Assembly (NCBI RefSeq): GCF_018977255.1
Contig: NW_024704783.1
Location: forward strand, 62,001-126,000
Reading direction: 5' to 3'
DNA from: Callorhinchus milii
Lineage: Eukaryota
Length of the DNA stretch: 64,000 nt
Shown here: positions 12,164-25,241 of the stretch, piece by piece
How positions within the stretch are numbered: position 1 is the first letter of the stretch
Layout: each line of letters begins with the position of its first letter
The notes under the pieces: model-generated
What the model saw: only the letters and a program-made list of their open reading frames with translations
Databases searched by the model: none
What the model was told of the DNA's origin: nothing
Made by a program: the position numbers and the translations under genes

Positions 12164-12294
12164 ATTTGCCAATCGAGATGATGTTGGAAAGGTTTCAAGA
12201 AATTCAATGTGACGACCTCTGGCCTACTGCTTCCACATTCATCATTCTCTTCTTCCTCAATATTTTCTACAGCGCCACCGTCACTCTAGTTAAG
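12164..12294 (+). CDS. IGHM: IgH TM1 exon, copy A
   Basis: cacag|at acceptor, aag|gtgagg donor, 131 nt. [44 protein letters not shown]; matches the IgM transmembrane (CART) pattern LWxTASTF..LF...FYS.TVTL.K. Confidence 0.93.
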
Positions 12295-12724
12295 GTGAGG
12301 AGAGTAAATGCATTGACGCCATAATATGGTGTAACAGCTGCTGTTAAATATTTGGTCCACGGGATCCCCAATAGTCATGCTTGCTGCAACCACTCTGCTG
12401 GGAATCTCAGCCTGCACCGGCAGGCCATGATCCTTGTGACTGGGCTGTGTATAGGGTGATAAAAATATCCTATCCCTCTTACACACCCTATTAAACTTGA
12501 CATATGCGCACATGATACAGTCCCTGGGACGGTGCAAGTGTTACTGTCTGTGTTAGTCCTCTGCAGACAAATACAAATTCACACAGAATCAGTTGGACGT
12601 TTGTGTATCTGTGTTTGTGTGTATGTTTCTATGTTTGTGTGTGTTTACCTTTTTGGATAGATATACACAAATAAACACAAGCTTAAATATCATTATCCAT
12701 GACATATTTACTTTTAATTTTCAG

Positions 12725-12733
12725 ATAAAATGA
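12725..12733 (+). CDS. IGHM: IgH TM2 exon, copy A (IK*)
   Basis: tttcag|ata aaa tga gives a K-I-K cytoplasmic tail (cf. KVK of IgM); AATAAA at 12843-12848. Confidence 0.85.
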   Translation: MK

Positions 12734-13752
12734 ATTCACTAAGATCTGCGTCAACGATGCGACTCGTCCGTTTGTGTCTAACAACATCGTCTTGTGAAAG
12801 ATTATGTGCAGCCTTTTTTCACTCATTGTACAAATCACTTAAAATAAACATTGTATATTGCAACTACTTGAATTCTAGTGGCTTTTCTCATTGCTAGTTT
12901 ATTTTAAAATGTGCATTTTGGTAAAAATAATTAAAGTTGTCACTGTCACGCCTCTCTGATATCCTTCATTTCCTGTTTCCCATTTTGTTTGGTGTAATGA
13001 AACCGAAAGTCAGTGGCTGATATACTCTGTCCTCTCATTTTAATCTGAGCCTTAATTTTTGATTCGGCTCCGGTTTCATATATCTCCAGAATCTGTATCT
13101 TGTTTGCCAATAGCATCAATAAAAACGTTAAAATTCAATGAACTGTTTGATTCCTCTTTCCTTCTCCATCTGTGTCAGATGTGTCTTGCCACTTCTTTCT
13201 AAATTACTCAGATTCCCAGTAACTCAGCATTTAACAAAAGCTGTTAAGTTAAATGTCAAGCTTCAGTTACAGCTTTGCTGAGAACACCAAAGGCAACAAT
13301 AGTTCCGCTGGAGATGTTTTTTCGCTCCAGTGATCAGCAACTTTTTCCGTCCGACACTGATCAGCCCCTCACCCAGATGTAGCTTCAGACACATGGCTAT
13401 TCTAATGTAGTAACACGCAGCTCTGTGTCAGAGTACTTATAGCACAATCTGAGAGCGCAATCTATTTTATACTTTCGGGGAGCTGTATCTCCTGCCTGTG
13501 CTGATCTGGACAATCTGAGCCGGTCAGCACCTCAATGGGAGATCACAAAGCCCAAATGCCTGCTCGCGGCAATTGAGCTGCCACGTTGGCGCAGACTCCT
13601 CTTCACAGGTCGTACTGTGAAAACCATGTGGACGTTCTGCTGATGTGAGAGACACTCAACCAAACACAACGATTCTTATCATTGTTATTGGTAACAACAT
13701 AAACCTCACACGCTGCAATGCTACAGTATTTCGGGCCCAATGGGCCTAAAGA

Positions 13753-13857
13753 TTCCCACTGAAGCCCCTGATCAGAAAGGTTAATAAATCCAGCGGTAAA
13801 CCGAGTTTTGCAAACTTTTCCCTTGTCCTGGTGGACACCGTGAATGCCTTTCAATGA
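13753..13857 (+). pseudogene. 5'-truncated duplicate of CH4 end and secretory tailpiece
   Basis: [34 protein letters not shown]; no acceptor or Ig domain upstream; penultimate Cys changed to Phe; AATAAA at 13946-13951. Confidence 0.88.
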
Positions 13858-15832
13858 GTGTCTCTCAACACCGTTTTTCATTTCCCCTAGGCACCCATAT
13901 CCCTGCCATTGTATTGCCTGGTTGGTTTCAGAAAAAAGTAACTCAAATAAAGATTATAGTTGCATTCATGAGTCAGCTACAGAGGGGATGATTTACAACT
14001 CATTAAACAGTCGACTTCCATAATAAGGAGAGATACATTCTTTCTTTGAGGCGATGTGACCATCAATTTAATAGATCACTCAAGTTGGTGCGTAAGCTCT
14101 TAAGCATGTTGTGTGATCCTGGATGGATGTGTCAGAGATACGTTTGATCAAGAATAGAGTTAATAGTCCCAAATTATGCGACACTATTTGCCACCGTCCA
14201 ATCTCAGACTGGATTTTATTTGCAGTTTAATTTAGAATTCCGCAGGACAGCTGCACATGTTCCTTTGCAAGAAACTGTCTTTTCCGCCGAATCGCAGAAC
14301 AGAAACGTTACAGGAATATTCACTTAAACACACGCTTAGCCATACTTTTACACTGTACGTAAATGCATTCCTCACACTCACATCCACAGTCAGCCTCACA
14401 CACACAATCATGTTGACCAAGGTCCACACACATTAACATATCTACCCAGGTTTACAAACACACATAAACAGACACACAAGCTCACAGTCACCCAGGCCCA
14501 CACAGACTCACAAACACTCACCCACCCACCCAGGATCACATAAACTAACACATACTCGCACACAAACAAGTCCCCACACACTCCGGCTCAACCACTTGCC
14601 ATGGCCAACACTACTCACACTCACATCCATTAAGGCCGAGACACTCAACCAAATACGCTTCCCTCCAGAACTGCACACACTCACACGCAACCAGGCACAC
14701 TCACACTTACTTCTGTCACACAGCCAGGCTTAAACACATACACATATCACATTCACCAAGGCTCCCACACAATTAAAGATACTGACATGTATTCAGGCTC
14801 ACAAACACGATCACATACGACATTCTATGCAGGTCCACACACACTCACCCAAACCCATACGCACTCATACATACTCACGTACACCCAGGTCCACACACAA
14901 CTACATACAAGCAGGCACACACAGACACAAACACGCACACATACTCACGTATACTCACGCTCAACATGGACCACACACATTGGCACAGACCCACAATAAC
15001 CCAGACGCACTCAAACACACTCGCCTCCATCAATGCCCACATACAATCATACACCGCTCACTTCCACTCAGGGAGACACACACACACACACACACACACT
15101 CACGCTCACCCAGGCCTACACACATATAATATCGCTCTGGATGAACCCTGTTACACTTGATCCTCAATTGCTTCAGTTGATTTACACAGAAGTTGTTGCC
15201 GGATCATCCACTGCTTTACTGCAATATGAACCATTTTGAAAGAGAAATATTGCTATTTATAAAATGATTGATGAGAGCATAAATAGGGGCGTGGGTCACA
15301 GTCATGAACAACATGGGCAATTTCTTAAAATGACAGACCCTTTAGCTGAGTTGGCTGAAAAGTGGAACTGCAGTTCTATATTGAAACAGCAGGAAAAGCT
15401 TCTGTTATAAGGGCAGTGTGGAAAATTTGAAGCATAGGTCAATAGACCACTCACCCAAAGGTCAATTAAATACGAAATATGAATGTCAATTACATATGAA
15501 GTCAGCAGGATTCTGTTTGGAGTAAAGAGTGCGGTAGTCGGCATTTTATTAAACAAAGGATACAAGAACATCTGAGAGGATTTTAGGCAGATTGACAAAA
15601 ATCAATAAAGATGACGCCCGTGATTGACTTTACAGTGATGAGTATCAGCTTCAAACATTGTCGCTGCTCTGGAAAAANGATAAGCTAAAAGAGAAAGGGA
15701 GGATACGCACATACAAGCTTTCAAATTTATTAAAGTTTTGAAAGAATCATGCAGTGAAAGGCGACAAATGAGTGTAAAACATCCAGGATGATCGCTGTAA
15801 AATATAAAGGCTCAGTGGAATTTTATATTGTG

Positions 15833-16020
15833 AACATAAGAACATAAGAACATAAGAATTAGGAGCAGCAGTAGGCCATTCGGCCCCTCGAGCCCTGCCC
15901 CCCCAATTCGATAAGATTATGGCTGATCGTCTGACCTAACTCTGATTACCCGCCCGATGCCCATGTTCCTAATCCCTCCAATTTAAAAAATCTATCAGTT
16001 TCAGCCTTGAACTTTTTAGA
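15833..16020 (-). mobile_element. CR1 LINE 3' end (duplicate ~33894-34082)
   Basis: (gaacataa)n tail then aggccattcggccc, the reverse of a CR1 3' UTR; absent from the copy-A unit, so inserted after the older duplication. Confidence 0.75.
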
Positions 16021-16448
16021 ATACATGGTTCTTCATTTCAATATCATAATGCTAAGGAATTCTAAATGGTTTTTGATGAGTGACGATGCGAACTTGCAAC
16101 AGAACAGACAGGAAGGAGGAATTGCAGGATTGGAGTAGATCTGTCCTTTTAATACCAGCAGAGTATCAACGGGAGCATTTCCTTCCATGTGTAGTTCCAC
16201 AAATTTTAACAAGTGTTCCACAAATTCTTCTCTGAATGCTATAATTGAGAGGAACAAACAACAAAACAATTGTATTCATTACTTCTCTTAATATGAAAAG
16301 TTTGGAAGTATCTGCATATGTTCCTGTGCAGCCTAACAAATGGATTGACTAGTAAACTGAAAACACATTAATAATCCAACAGGAAAAAAAAGAATTGATT
16401 CATGGTTCAATTCGCTCTGAAGATATTTCCCCTTATATTTCCTCACAG

Positions 16449-16579
16449 CTTTTCCAATCGAGATAATTCTGGAAAGTTTTCAAGCAGTTCAATGTGAGAA
16501 CCTGTGGCCTACTGCTTCCAACTTCATCATCCTCTTCTTCCTGAATATTTTCTACAGCCCCAGCGTCACGCTATTTCAG
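16449..16579 (+). CDS. IgH TM1 exon, copy B (open; use unknown)
   Basis: cacag|ct acceptor, cag|gtaagg donor, 131 nt. [44 protein letters not shown]; 20 differences in 131 nt vs copy A. Confidence 0.75.
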
Positions 16580-17082
16580 GTAAGGAGAGTCAATGCATTG
16601 ACGCCATGGTGTCGTGTAACAGCTGCTGTTGAACATTTGGTCCATGGGAACCCTAATAATGATGCTCATTGCAACCACCCTCCTGGGAATCTCAACCTGT
16701 ACCTACGAGTCAAGATCCTTGTGACCCGGCTGTGTGTAGGGTGATCAAAGTATCCTATCACCCTGAGACACCGTATCACAACTGGCATATGCTCACCTGA
16801 TATAGACACTGGCAACGGCAATGGTTATTTAAAGATTTAGTGGATCTCTCAGTGTATTGTGGACAGTATAAAACATGGCGAAGGTTTTATGAAAGTGTCA
16901 GTCCCCAGCAGACAATAGCAGATTCATACTGAATCCGTTGGACCCTTGCGTATGTTTGTGTGTGTGTGTTTGTATGTTTGTGTGTGTGTTGGTACGTTTG
17001 TGTGTATATCTGTGTGGATGCACAGAGAAAACAATAAACACAAGCTTAAATATCATTACCCATTATATCTTTTATTTTCCAG

Positions 17083-17091
17083 ATAAAATAA
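17083..17091 (+). CDS. IgH TM2 exon, copy B (IK*)
   Basis: ttccag|ata aaa taa; flanks homologous to copy A; AATAAA at 17283-17288. Confidence 0.7.
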   Translation: MK

Positions 17092-19499
17092 CTTTCTTAA
17101 GATCAGCTTCACCGATTTGTCGCGGCAGTTTGTGTTTAACAACTATGTCTCGTGACAGATGATGTGATGTCTATTTGCAACCATTGTACATATCCGCTGA
17201 AAGTAAACTTTTTTATTGCAAACACATGAACTTTAGAAGACTTTCTTCTTGTTACATTGCGATACAATGTGTTTTTGGTAATAATAAATAATAATGTTAC
17301 CTTCACGCCTCTCTGATATCCTTTATTTGCTGATTACCGTTTGTATGGTATAATGAAACAGAAAGAGAGCGTCTGTGGTACTCTGTCCTTTGATTTTAAT
17401 CTGAAACTCATTTTTTGTATCTGCTCCTGTTTCATAATACTTCAGATTTTATGTATTTTTTGCCTGAAGCATGAATAAAAATGTTAAAAACCATTGAGCT
17501 GTTTGATTCCTCTCTTTCCTGTTCCCTTTGTCTCAATTGTGACTTGTCGCTGCTTTCCAAATTATTCAGGTTCCCAGTAACTCAGCATTAAACAAAAGCT
17601 GTTAAATTAAATATCTAACTTCAGTTACAGCTTTGCTGAGAACACTAAAGGCGATGATATTTCCGCTTGAGTTAGTTCTTCGCTCCAGTGACCAGTAGCA
17701 TTTTCCCTCCCACATTGATCAGCCCCTCACCCAGATGTAGCGTCAGACACATGACTATTCTAATATAGTAACATGCAGCTGTGTGTTAGAGTATTTATAG
17801 CACAATCTGAAAGCGCAATCTGTTTTATACATTCAGTGAGCGTTATCTCCTGCCTGTGCTGAGCTGGACAACCTGAGCCGGGCAGCACGTTGATGGGAGA
17901 CCATACAGCCCAAATTCCTGCCGTGGGCAGGTGAGCTGCGTCGTTGGCCTTGACTCCGCTCCGAAGGTCCTGCAGACCTGAGAGGGACAAAAAAAAACAC
18001 ACACAATGGTTATTATCATTGTTATTGATAACAACATGAACCTCACAGTCTGGAATGCGATAGAATTTTGGGCCAAATGGGCCTAACGTCGATCCGTCTC
18101 CTTTTAGCTTCTGTATCGTGAATAAATATACGAAATACCATCTTCTAATGATTACTGTCATAATTTGTCATTGTCTCTGGTCTCAGCTTTTGAAATTTGT
18201 GCAGTGGCCACTGCCTTTCACAGGGAGATCCCTCCATCAGGCTGAATTCACAATTAGTGTCTCCCCAGCTTCTGAAATTGTCTATGTTATACAAATAGAA
18301 AGACATGTGTACATCTTTCATACTTAAAGTTAATGATTGATTTCCCACACGGACACGAATAATTGTTGATTTGCCGTTTTATCTATTTCAACGTTTTGAA
18401 GCAAATTAACAAATCAAGAATTAAAATTGTCGACATTTCATTTTAACACACAAACACCTTGTATAGAAGTACATTTGGTCTGACCTTTCTGTGGCCACTT
18501 TTGCCGGTTTTTTATAAAATAATATTTGCATGTCTCCAATCTGAAACATTTCCAAACTCTCTTCCATTATTCCGGCAATTTTCTTTTATTTTTGCTGAGT
18601 ATGGTTTTGTTTTTTTTATCTAGTTTTTTTTGTTATCTAGTTATCCAACCTCTTCAGCCAAATCTACTAATCAATAGTGAACCATTAGTGCAGAAATGTT
18701 GTGCAAAATTGTCTTAGCTTATATTGCTATATGAAAGCAGAGCATTTACTGCATCCTGCATTCAGCATTTTTAACGTCCTCAGTTATTATCCGCTTCATA
18801 TCTGATCTGATCCTATGAAACAGCTCAGTTGGAACATAGCAGTTGCTTTACAATAGAATAACAGGGACCATCCAGTTCACCTTCCTCCATCCTCACATTT
18901 ACATTAACCTGTCATGTCCCCAAACCTTTACTGTCTCCCAAGATATTATTTCCTGAAATAAATCTATCCCATTTGCTTGGGAAAGAATCTACAATTTCTG
19001 CTTTCGCCGTCTCCCGAGGAAGCCTGGTCTGTGCATTTCTGCTCGCTCACTCAAATAGTGCTTCCAAATATTTGTTTTGAACTTCGTTTGCAGGCAATGT
19101 TCTCTGTTTTTCACACCACTCTAAACGTCTCCTACCGTGACAATTCCTGAGAATGAGACCTACAGGGAAAGAATCTTATTCCGCTCATGCTTTACAGCTA
19201 TGCTTGGAATTTTTTCGAATCCAGAAATTGTAAGCCGTTAAACTGCGATATTTTTTAAAGTCAGCCGAGGATAAGTTCCTTATATCAAGTACAGCTAACT
19301 GGCGGCAGCATTTCTACTGTTATCAATGATTTGCCAAAATCTGCACATTTCCATATGTCACATAAATAAAGTAAATAATCGACCATGTTGTAATTCGGCC
19401 CATGAACCCTTTCCATATCAAGGAGATTCGTCCTGTCCAATATGATTGTTCCTTTAATTCACGACTGTTATGTTCAGGCCTGCAGTGTATAAATGCAAG

Positions 19500-19895
19500 A
19501 ACATTTGCAACAGGTTATGGAAATCTCGGAAGAAAGTAATTCTACAACACGGGAAGGATGTTCATCACTATAATGCCACAGGAGCACAGACCAGGCCATG
19601 ATATGGCCACTGAGATGACAAACAGGATGCTGGGAGTGATTCTGAACCAGTTTAGGCACAAATCCTCAGAAATCATCAACAAGAGGCAAATATGTTGTTC
19701 GGGCTGCACCTGTTCAATAATGAGTGTCCAATGTAAAAAGCCTGGATAAGAGACAGTACAGGGATCGACGAGACTGATTCCCTCAATGGGTGCGATGTTC
19801 CATAACAGACTATTAATCAAATTGGATACTGCCATAGGAAGTTATTATATATTATGACTTATGTTTTCCCGTGCGAGTATACGCGATAAAGAGAC

Positions 19896-19940
<45 letters not shown>

Positions 19941-20590
19941 GAGAAGTGGGGTGGGGAGAGAGAGCGACGCAAAATGGTTGAGGAACATTATATTATATAT
20001 AACTTATTATATTATATCAATTATTTACTACTGCCATGACAACAACAACAACAAGATTCCACTTATAAAGCGCCTTTCACGTCAGGAGGACGTCCCAAGG
20101 CGCTGAAATGACATGACCCGGTGGAATTTGGCGGATGGATTAATCTCATATCAAGGTGATTCACCGTATCCGATACAATCCTTCACTTGCCAACTTTTGT
20201 AATACTGCGTATTAATCCAACAACCTTTGCGACTTGTCATGGAAACCTCAGAAGAAAGGAAATTCTGCAGCAAGAGAAGGATATTCATCTCTATGATGCT
20301 ACAGCAGGAAAGACCATACCATGATATGGCCACTTAGAAGGCGAACAAGATTTTGGGCGACATCCTGAATCAAATTAGGCCCAAATCCTCAGAACGCAAA
20401 ATGAAGATGCATATATGTTGCTGAGGCTGCACTTGTTCAATATTGAGTTTCCAAAGGAAAGGGGCTGGACAAGAGACAGTACAGAGATGGACAAGTGTCA
20501 TTCACTCAAGGGGAGTGATGTTCTCTCAGGAAAAATTAATAAAATTGGATATTGGTATAGGAAGTTGTTGCATATTATGACATATTTTTT
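19500..20590 (+). mobile_element. Two tandem decayed CR1 fragments (~19500-19850 and ~20230-20590; duplicates near 37560-38645)
   Basis: TNRMLG / ANKILG and LLRLHL remnants of the CR1 KANRMLG...LVRPHLEY motif. Confidence 0.6.
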
Positions 20591-20637
20591 CCGTGTGAGT
20601 GTGTGTGTGAGAGATAGACAGAGAAAGAAAGTGAGCG

Positions 20638-20676
<39 letters not shown>

Positions 20677-22083
20677 GAAGGAAGCTGGTTCTGGAACATT
20701 TTTGCAGGAACCAGGACTCTGTTGAGCGGACAAATAATTACAACATAAGTCAGTGTATTCCGGCTAGATGTGTGGGTTGGGTGTGGGCATGGGTTTGGGG
20801 CTGTGGGTACTGGGTATGTCTAAGTATTTGGCGCCGAGCAAGTTTTGCATTGTTTGGCTAGATCCCTGCTTTTTGGCCGTTTAGAATTATCCTATACGTT
20901 ATTGATTTGCCCTGCAGGATTAACAAGATCTAATCTGAACGAATCTCAAATGACTTCCTTGACCAGTGCCCCTCTCGTCCTAACCATGAGGCAGGCAATG
21001 TGGCTGGTTTGTCAACAGCAGGGACTAGAGTAATGAAGACCGACTTGTCTCAGGAACAGAAATGATCGAGCCCATCACAAAGTCTTCACGCACTTCCCAT
21101 ATTGTGTTGCCAAATGTTCCAAACTGGAGTCAGTTGAGGACCAATGAGACACCTATACAACTCTCCTGGCCTCCAGAACCAAAGCCAAATGATGAGACAA
21201 CGAATGCACATACCATTGACAACGTTGAGCAAATTAACTTCAACAAATACTGGGCTGAATCCTTCTGCTCCAGGTCACTGCGGTTCAAACAACATTTACA
21301 AGAAATCATTGATAATCGCCACGTGATGATCTGAAATGAAGTTATTTTCTGATGTGCAGGAAGCACCTGCAGTTTCTGGGTCTAATTTCAACCGGTTTGC
21401 TCTTATTATGAATCTAACCCGAAACCTTCTGATGGAAACAGGTTAAAAATATCACACCAAACAACACAAAGTTTTTTCCGTCCATGCGTTATGACTATAT
21501 AAATAAAATAATTGTCAAAGGATCAGATATGATTCTCCAATGGAAATAAAAACTGTTTGTAATTATGAGTGAATATTTCCTACTACAGCAGCGACTTTAG
21601 CTGACAACGGATCATCAGCAATCACCAGAATATATGTGCTACAAAGGTTACATCTCCTACAAGTTAATATTTAACTAAAATATCTAGAATATTTAACGTT
21701 TCTGTCAGTGTAATCTTCCCACATAATTTGTACATTTGAGAATAGAAACCAATGTTTGAAACACGTTACAGGTGAACTAGCACCAGAGAGAATAACAACT
21801 CCATTTTTTATCATGGAAGTTATATTACAAACTTGCAGCTACATGATTATCAAGCGTGTCTGCAGAACAGCATCTTTTCATTTAATAAAATTGATGGTCT
21901 CTAAACGCTCATTGAAAATATGTTGTAGAGATTATTAGTATGAAGCCAAATGATTCAGGAAATATTATAACTTTCAGGGTAACTGAGTTTACCCTTAACG
22001 TTGTCCATCAACATGACTCGTTTGGCTCATTCCCCATATTGAGACTTCAAATTCAGATTATATTGCTAAACGCACGCATTAAT

Positions 22084-22330
22084 CTGGCTCAGTGCCAGCA
22101 CTCTCGCCTCTCAGTCAGGAAGCCGTGGGTTCAAGCCCTATGTTTGCATGTGGAACTGATCAACAGTAGGCCGACACTGCAATACATTGCACGCTTGTAT
22201 TTTAGGAGATTTGGTCTGTCCGTTTCTCTGGATGTCAAACATCCCATAACTCTTCTTTGGTACAAAAGTGAATATTTCAGGATATTCAGGCCAATCATCC
22301 CCGATTAGCAATAGTGTGTTACCTTAACAA
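22084..22330 (+). mobile_element. Decayed Deu-domain-type SINE fragment (others at ~22600-22760 minus, ~50620-50760, and duplicates)
   Basis: ggctcagtgccagcactctcgcctctcagtcaggaagccgtgggttcaag head followed by sequence resembling the DeuSINE core; recognised from memory. Confidence 0.5.
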
Positions 22331-23284
22331 TATTGCTTGCATTCATTTGGCGCCTGATCAAGTCAAAAAGACGTCTGAACGCGCTTCACAGTATATCCTA
22401 TAAAGTGAATTGATTTAACACTTTGTTTTAAATTGCGGTAGGACCAATGCGCACAGCAGTGTCCCACAAACAGTCGGGGATTGAAATGACTAATTTATTA
22501 TTATTATTATTTTATCTTGAACGTTAATAATGTTTGCATTGCCGACACCAGTTTATCAATTTGTTGCGGCTTCTCAAATGAGGATCGACGGCCAGAAAAC
22601 GGGAAAAATCTATCTTCTTGTTTCGAATGCTCAGGGATTTTTGACCTCCACCTGAACAGGCCGACAAACCTCGATTTCATGGCCAACTGAATGATTGCAG
22701 CCTCACAACGCAGTCGAAACCGAGCACTGTGTTAAATTATCAGCCGGGATGATACGAGATCAAAATCATAATGACAATAATAATAATATTCCTTGCATGT
22801 GTTAGGTGTACCCACAATCTCTGTGCCAGAGGCGAAACTGCAACCAAGTGAAACGCACTTCATAGCTGTGTGGCATTCGCCTGGACGGTAGTCACTAAAC
22901 TCTGCCGTAAATCATGTGAAGCGGCTAAAATATCCTCCGTACCTGAAAGGCGCTGTATAAAATACAATGATTATTATATTCTTCATGCGAACGTTGTGTA
23001 TTAAAGGTGTGCAAACAGAAATTAAAAAACAACCTACACTGATTGAAACAACATTTGGTATCATGATCATTTGGAGTGTTTACTGTTCTTTTGATCAGGG
23101 AACCAAAGATATTTACAGCATAGAAAAGGAAATTGCTCCACTGCATGTCTGTTGGCTCTCTTAAGAGGAATCCTCTTGATTGCATTTAGTTGCGCTACAT
23201 TTAATTCCCTTTTTTTGCTGTGTCTCTGGCTCTGCTTTGACTTCCAGAATGAATTATTGCGCAATCACTGCTCCGGACAGACCA

Positions 23285-23599
23285 TTAATAATCCTTGCAT
23301 TTGATATAGCGCTTTTCACCTCAGAAGGACGTCCCAAAGCGCTTCACAGAACACACTGTAAAGTGAACTGACTGTATATTTGTGGGCGAACGCGGCAGCC
23401 AATTGCGCACAGCAATGTCCCACAAACAGTCGTAGATTGAAAATGACCAATTTTATTATTGTTTTTGGTTTTGGAGGGATTATTATTAGGCTCTGTGTGG
23501 AGTAAGGAAACTTGCACAAGGTTTCGCCCTCTGCCTGGAATTGAACTCAGGTCTCTCGCTTGCAAAGCAAGTGCTCTAACCACTGAGCTACAGGACTCC
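23285..23599 (-). mobile_element. Full-length tRNA-derived SINE (duplicate at ~41340-41654)
   Basis: Reverse complement nearly identical to 4605-4927. Confidence 0.85.
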
Positions 23600-24041
23600 G
23601 TATGCTAACGACACTGTAACCAGAAAATAATCTGCTGACATGGACATTTGCTCATTTTTGTTAGCAATCTAAATTAGCACAGTCACAGCAACAACAACTG
23701 GCACTTATATGGCGCTCTGCACACGGGGTAGCGTCTCAGAGCGCTCCAATCAGTTAGTCACTAATTTACAGGAGGACTCATGTCTCTATATGAGCTGTAT
23801 CAAAATCCGCGATCAATTGAGGTCCTTCTATCTGGTCATCCCTGTGTCTTGACTGATCTGCTCTGATTGATCAGATCAGACTATCCACCTCCCAGATTTT
23901 CTGAGGTTATTCTGCACGGAGGACACTAGAAGTGGAAGTTGTTGTTGTTGTCTGTGTGTGTGTGTGGTTGTGTGTGTAACCATCTGTTTCAGGGATCACC
24001 GACTGAAGTAACACATTACGTAGATAACATATCGCCAAGGG

Positions 24042-24785
24042 NNNNNNNNNNNNNNNNNNNNNNNNNNNNNNNNNNNNNNNNNNNNNNNNNNNNNNNNNNN
24101 NNNNNNNNNNNNNNNNNNNNNNNNNNNNNNNNNNNNNNNNNNNNNNNNNNNNNNNNNNNNNNNNNNNNNNNNNNNNNNNNNNNNNNNNNNNNNNNNNNNN
24201 NNNNNNNNNNNNNNNNNNNNNNNNNNNNNNNNNNNNNNNNNNNNNNNNNNNNNNNNNNNNNNNNNNNNNNNNNNNNNNNNNNNNNNNNNNNNNNNNNNNN
24301 NNNNNNNNNNNNNNNNNNNNNNNNNNNNNNNNNNNNNNNNNNNNNNNNNNNNNNNNNNNNNNNNNNNNNNNNNNNNNNNNNNNNNNNNNNNNNNNNNNNN
24401 NNNNNNNNNNNNNNNNNNNNNNNNNNNNNNNNNNNNNNNNNNNNNNNNNNNNNNNNNNNNNNNNNNNNNNNNNNNNNNNNNNNNNNNNNNNNNNNNNNNN
24501 NNNNNNNNNNNNNNNNNNNNNNNNNNNNNNNNNNNNNNNNNNNNNNNNNNNNNNNNNNNNNNNNNNNNNNNNNNNNNNNNNNNNNNNNNNNNNNNNNNNN
24601 NNNNNNNNNNNNNNNNNCNNNNNNNNNNNNNNNNNNNNNNNNNNNNNNNNNNNNNNNNNNNNNNNNNNNNNNNNNNNNNNNNNNNNNNNNNNNNNNNNNN
24701 NNNNNNNNNNNNNNNNNNNNNNNNNNNNNNNNNNNNNNNNNNNNNNNNNNNNNNNNNNNNNNNNNNNNNNNNNNNNNNNNNNNNN
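24042..24785. other. Assembly gap (others 5252-5419, 32538-32567, 42097-42918)
   Basis: Runs of N. Confidence 0.99.
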
Positions 24786-25080
24786 AAAGACACAAAGAAA
24801 CACACACACAAAAACACACACACAAAACACACACAATCACAACACACAAACACACACAAACACACACACATTCAAAAAACAAACACACAAACAAACACAC
24901 ACACACATACAAACACACACACATTCAAATAAACAAACACACAAAACAAAGAAACACACACACACAAAAAACAAACACACAAAGACACAAAGAAACACAC
25001 ACACACACACACACAAACATACACAAACACACACACATAGAAACACACAAACACCCATACGTACACGTGGACACGCGCAC

Positions 25081-25132
25081 CCGAACAACAAAACAGCGCC
25101 ACCCTCAGCACTGGGGGCACATTGCAGCCTCT

Positions 25133-25164
<32 letters not shown>

Positions 25165-25208
25165 GAAACAACAAAACAGCGCCACCCTCAGCACTGGGGG
25201 CACATTGC

Positions 25209-25241
<33 letters not shown>

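Larger units (their letters stand above)
9662..18086 (+). repeat. Older tandem duplication: 9662-13749 vs 13753-18086
   Basis: Collinear homology over tailpiece, CA-rich tract, CR1 remnant, TM1, TM2 and 3' flank; both units end at gggcctaa; breakpoint lies inside CH4 (ttcccactgaag). Confidence 0.88.

Noticed and set aside
17760-18161. 133 aa and 77 aa minus-strand ORFs repeated in the duplicates
   Set aside because: Not preserved in the older paralogue (13450-13750) and no recognisable domain.
18524-18531. Octamer ATTTGCAT downstream of TM copy B (and duplicate)
   Set aside because: Isolated 8-mer expected by chance in AT-rich DNA, with no supporting motif cluster.
19558-20861. Locally repeated coding-like sequence and a 148 aa ORF
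   Set aside because: Explained as decayed CR1 RT fragments plus a GA microsatellite.
21062-21334. 90 aa ORF with FN3-like IQLSWPPEP
   Set aside because: One short motif only; recurrence at 39117 is just the duplication.
24618-24618. Isolated C inside an N gap
   Set aside because: Assembly artefact.
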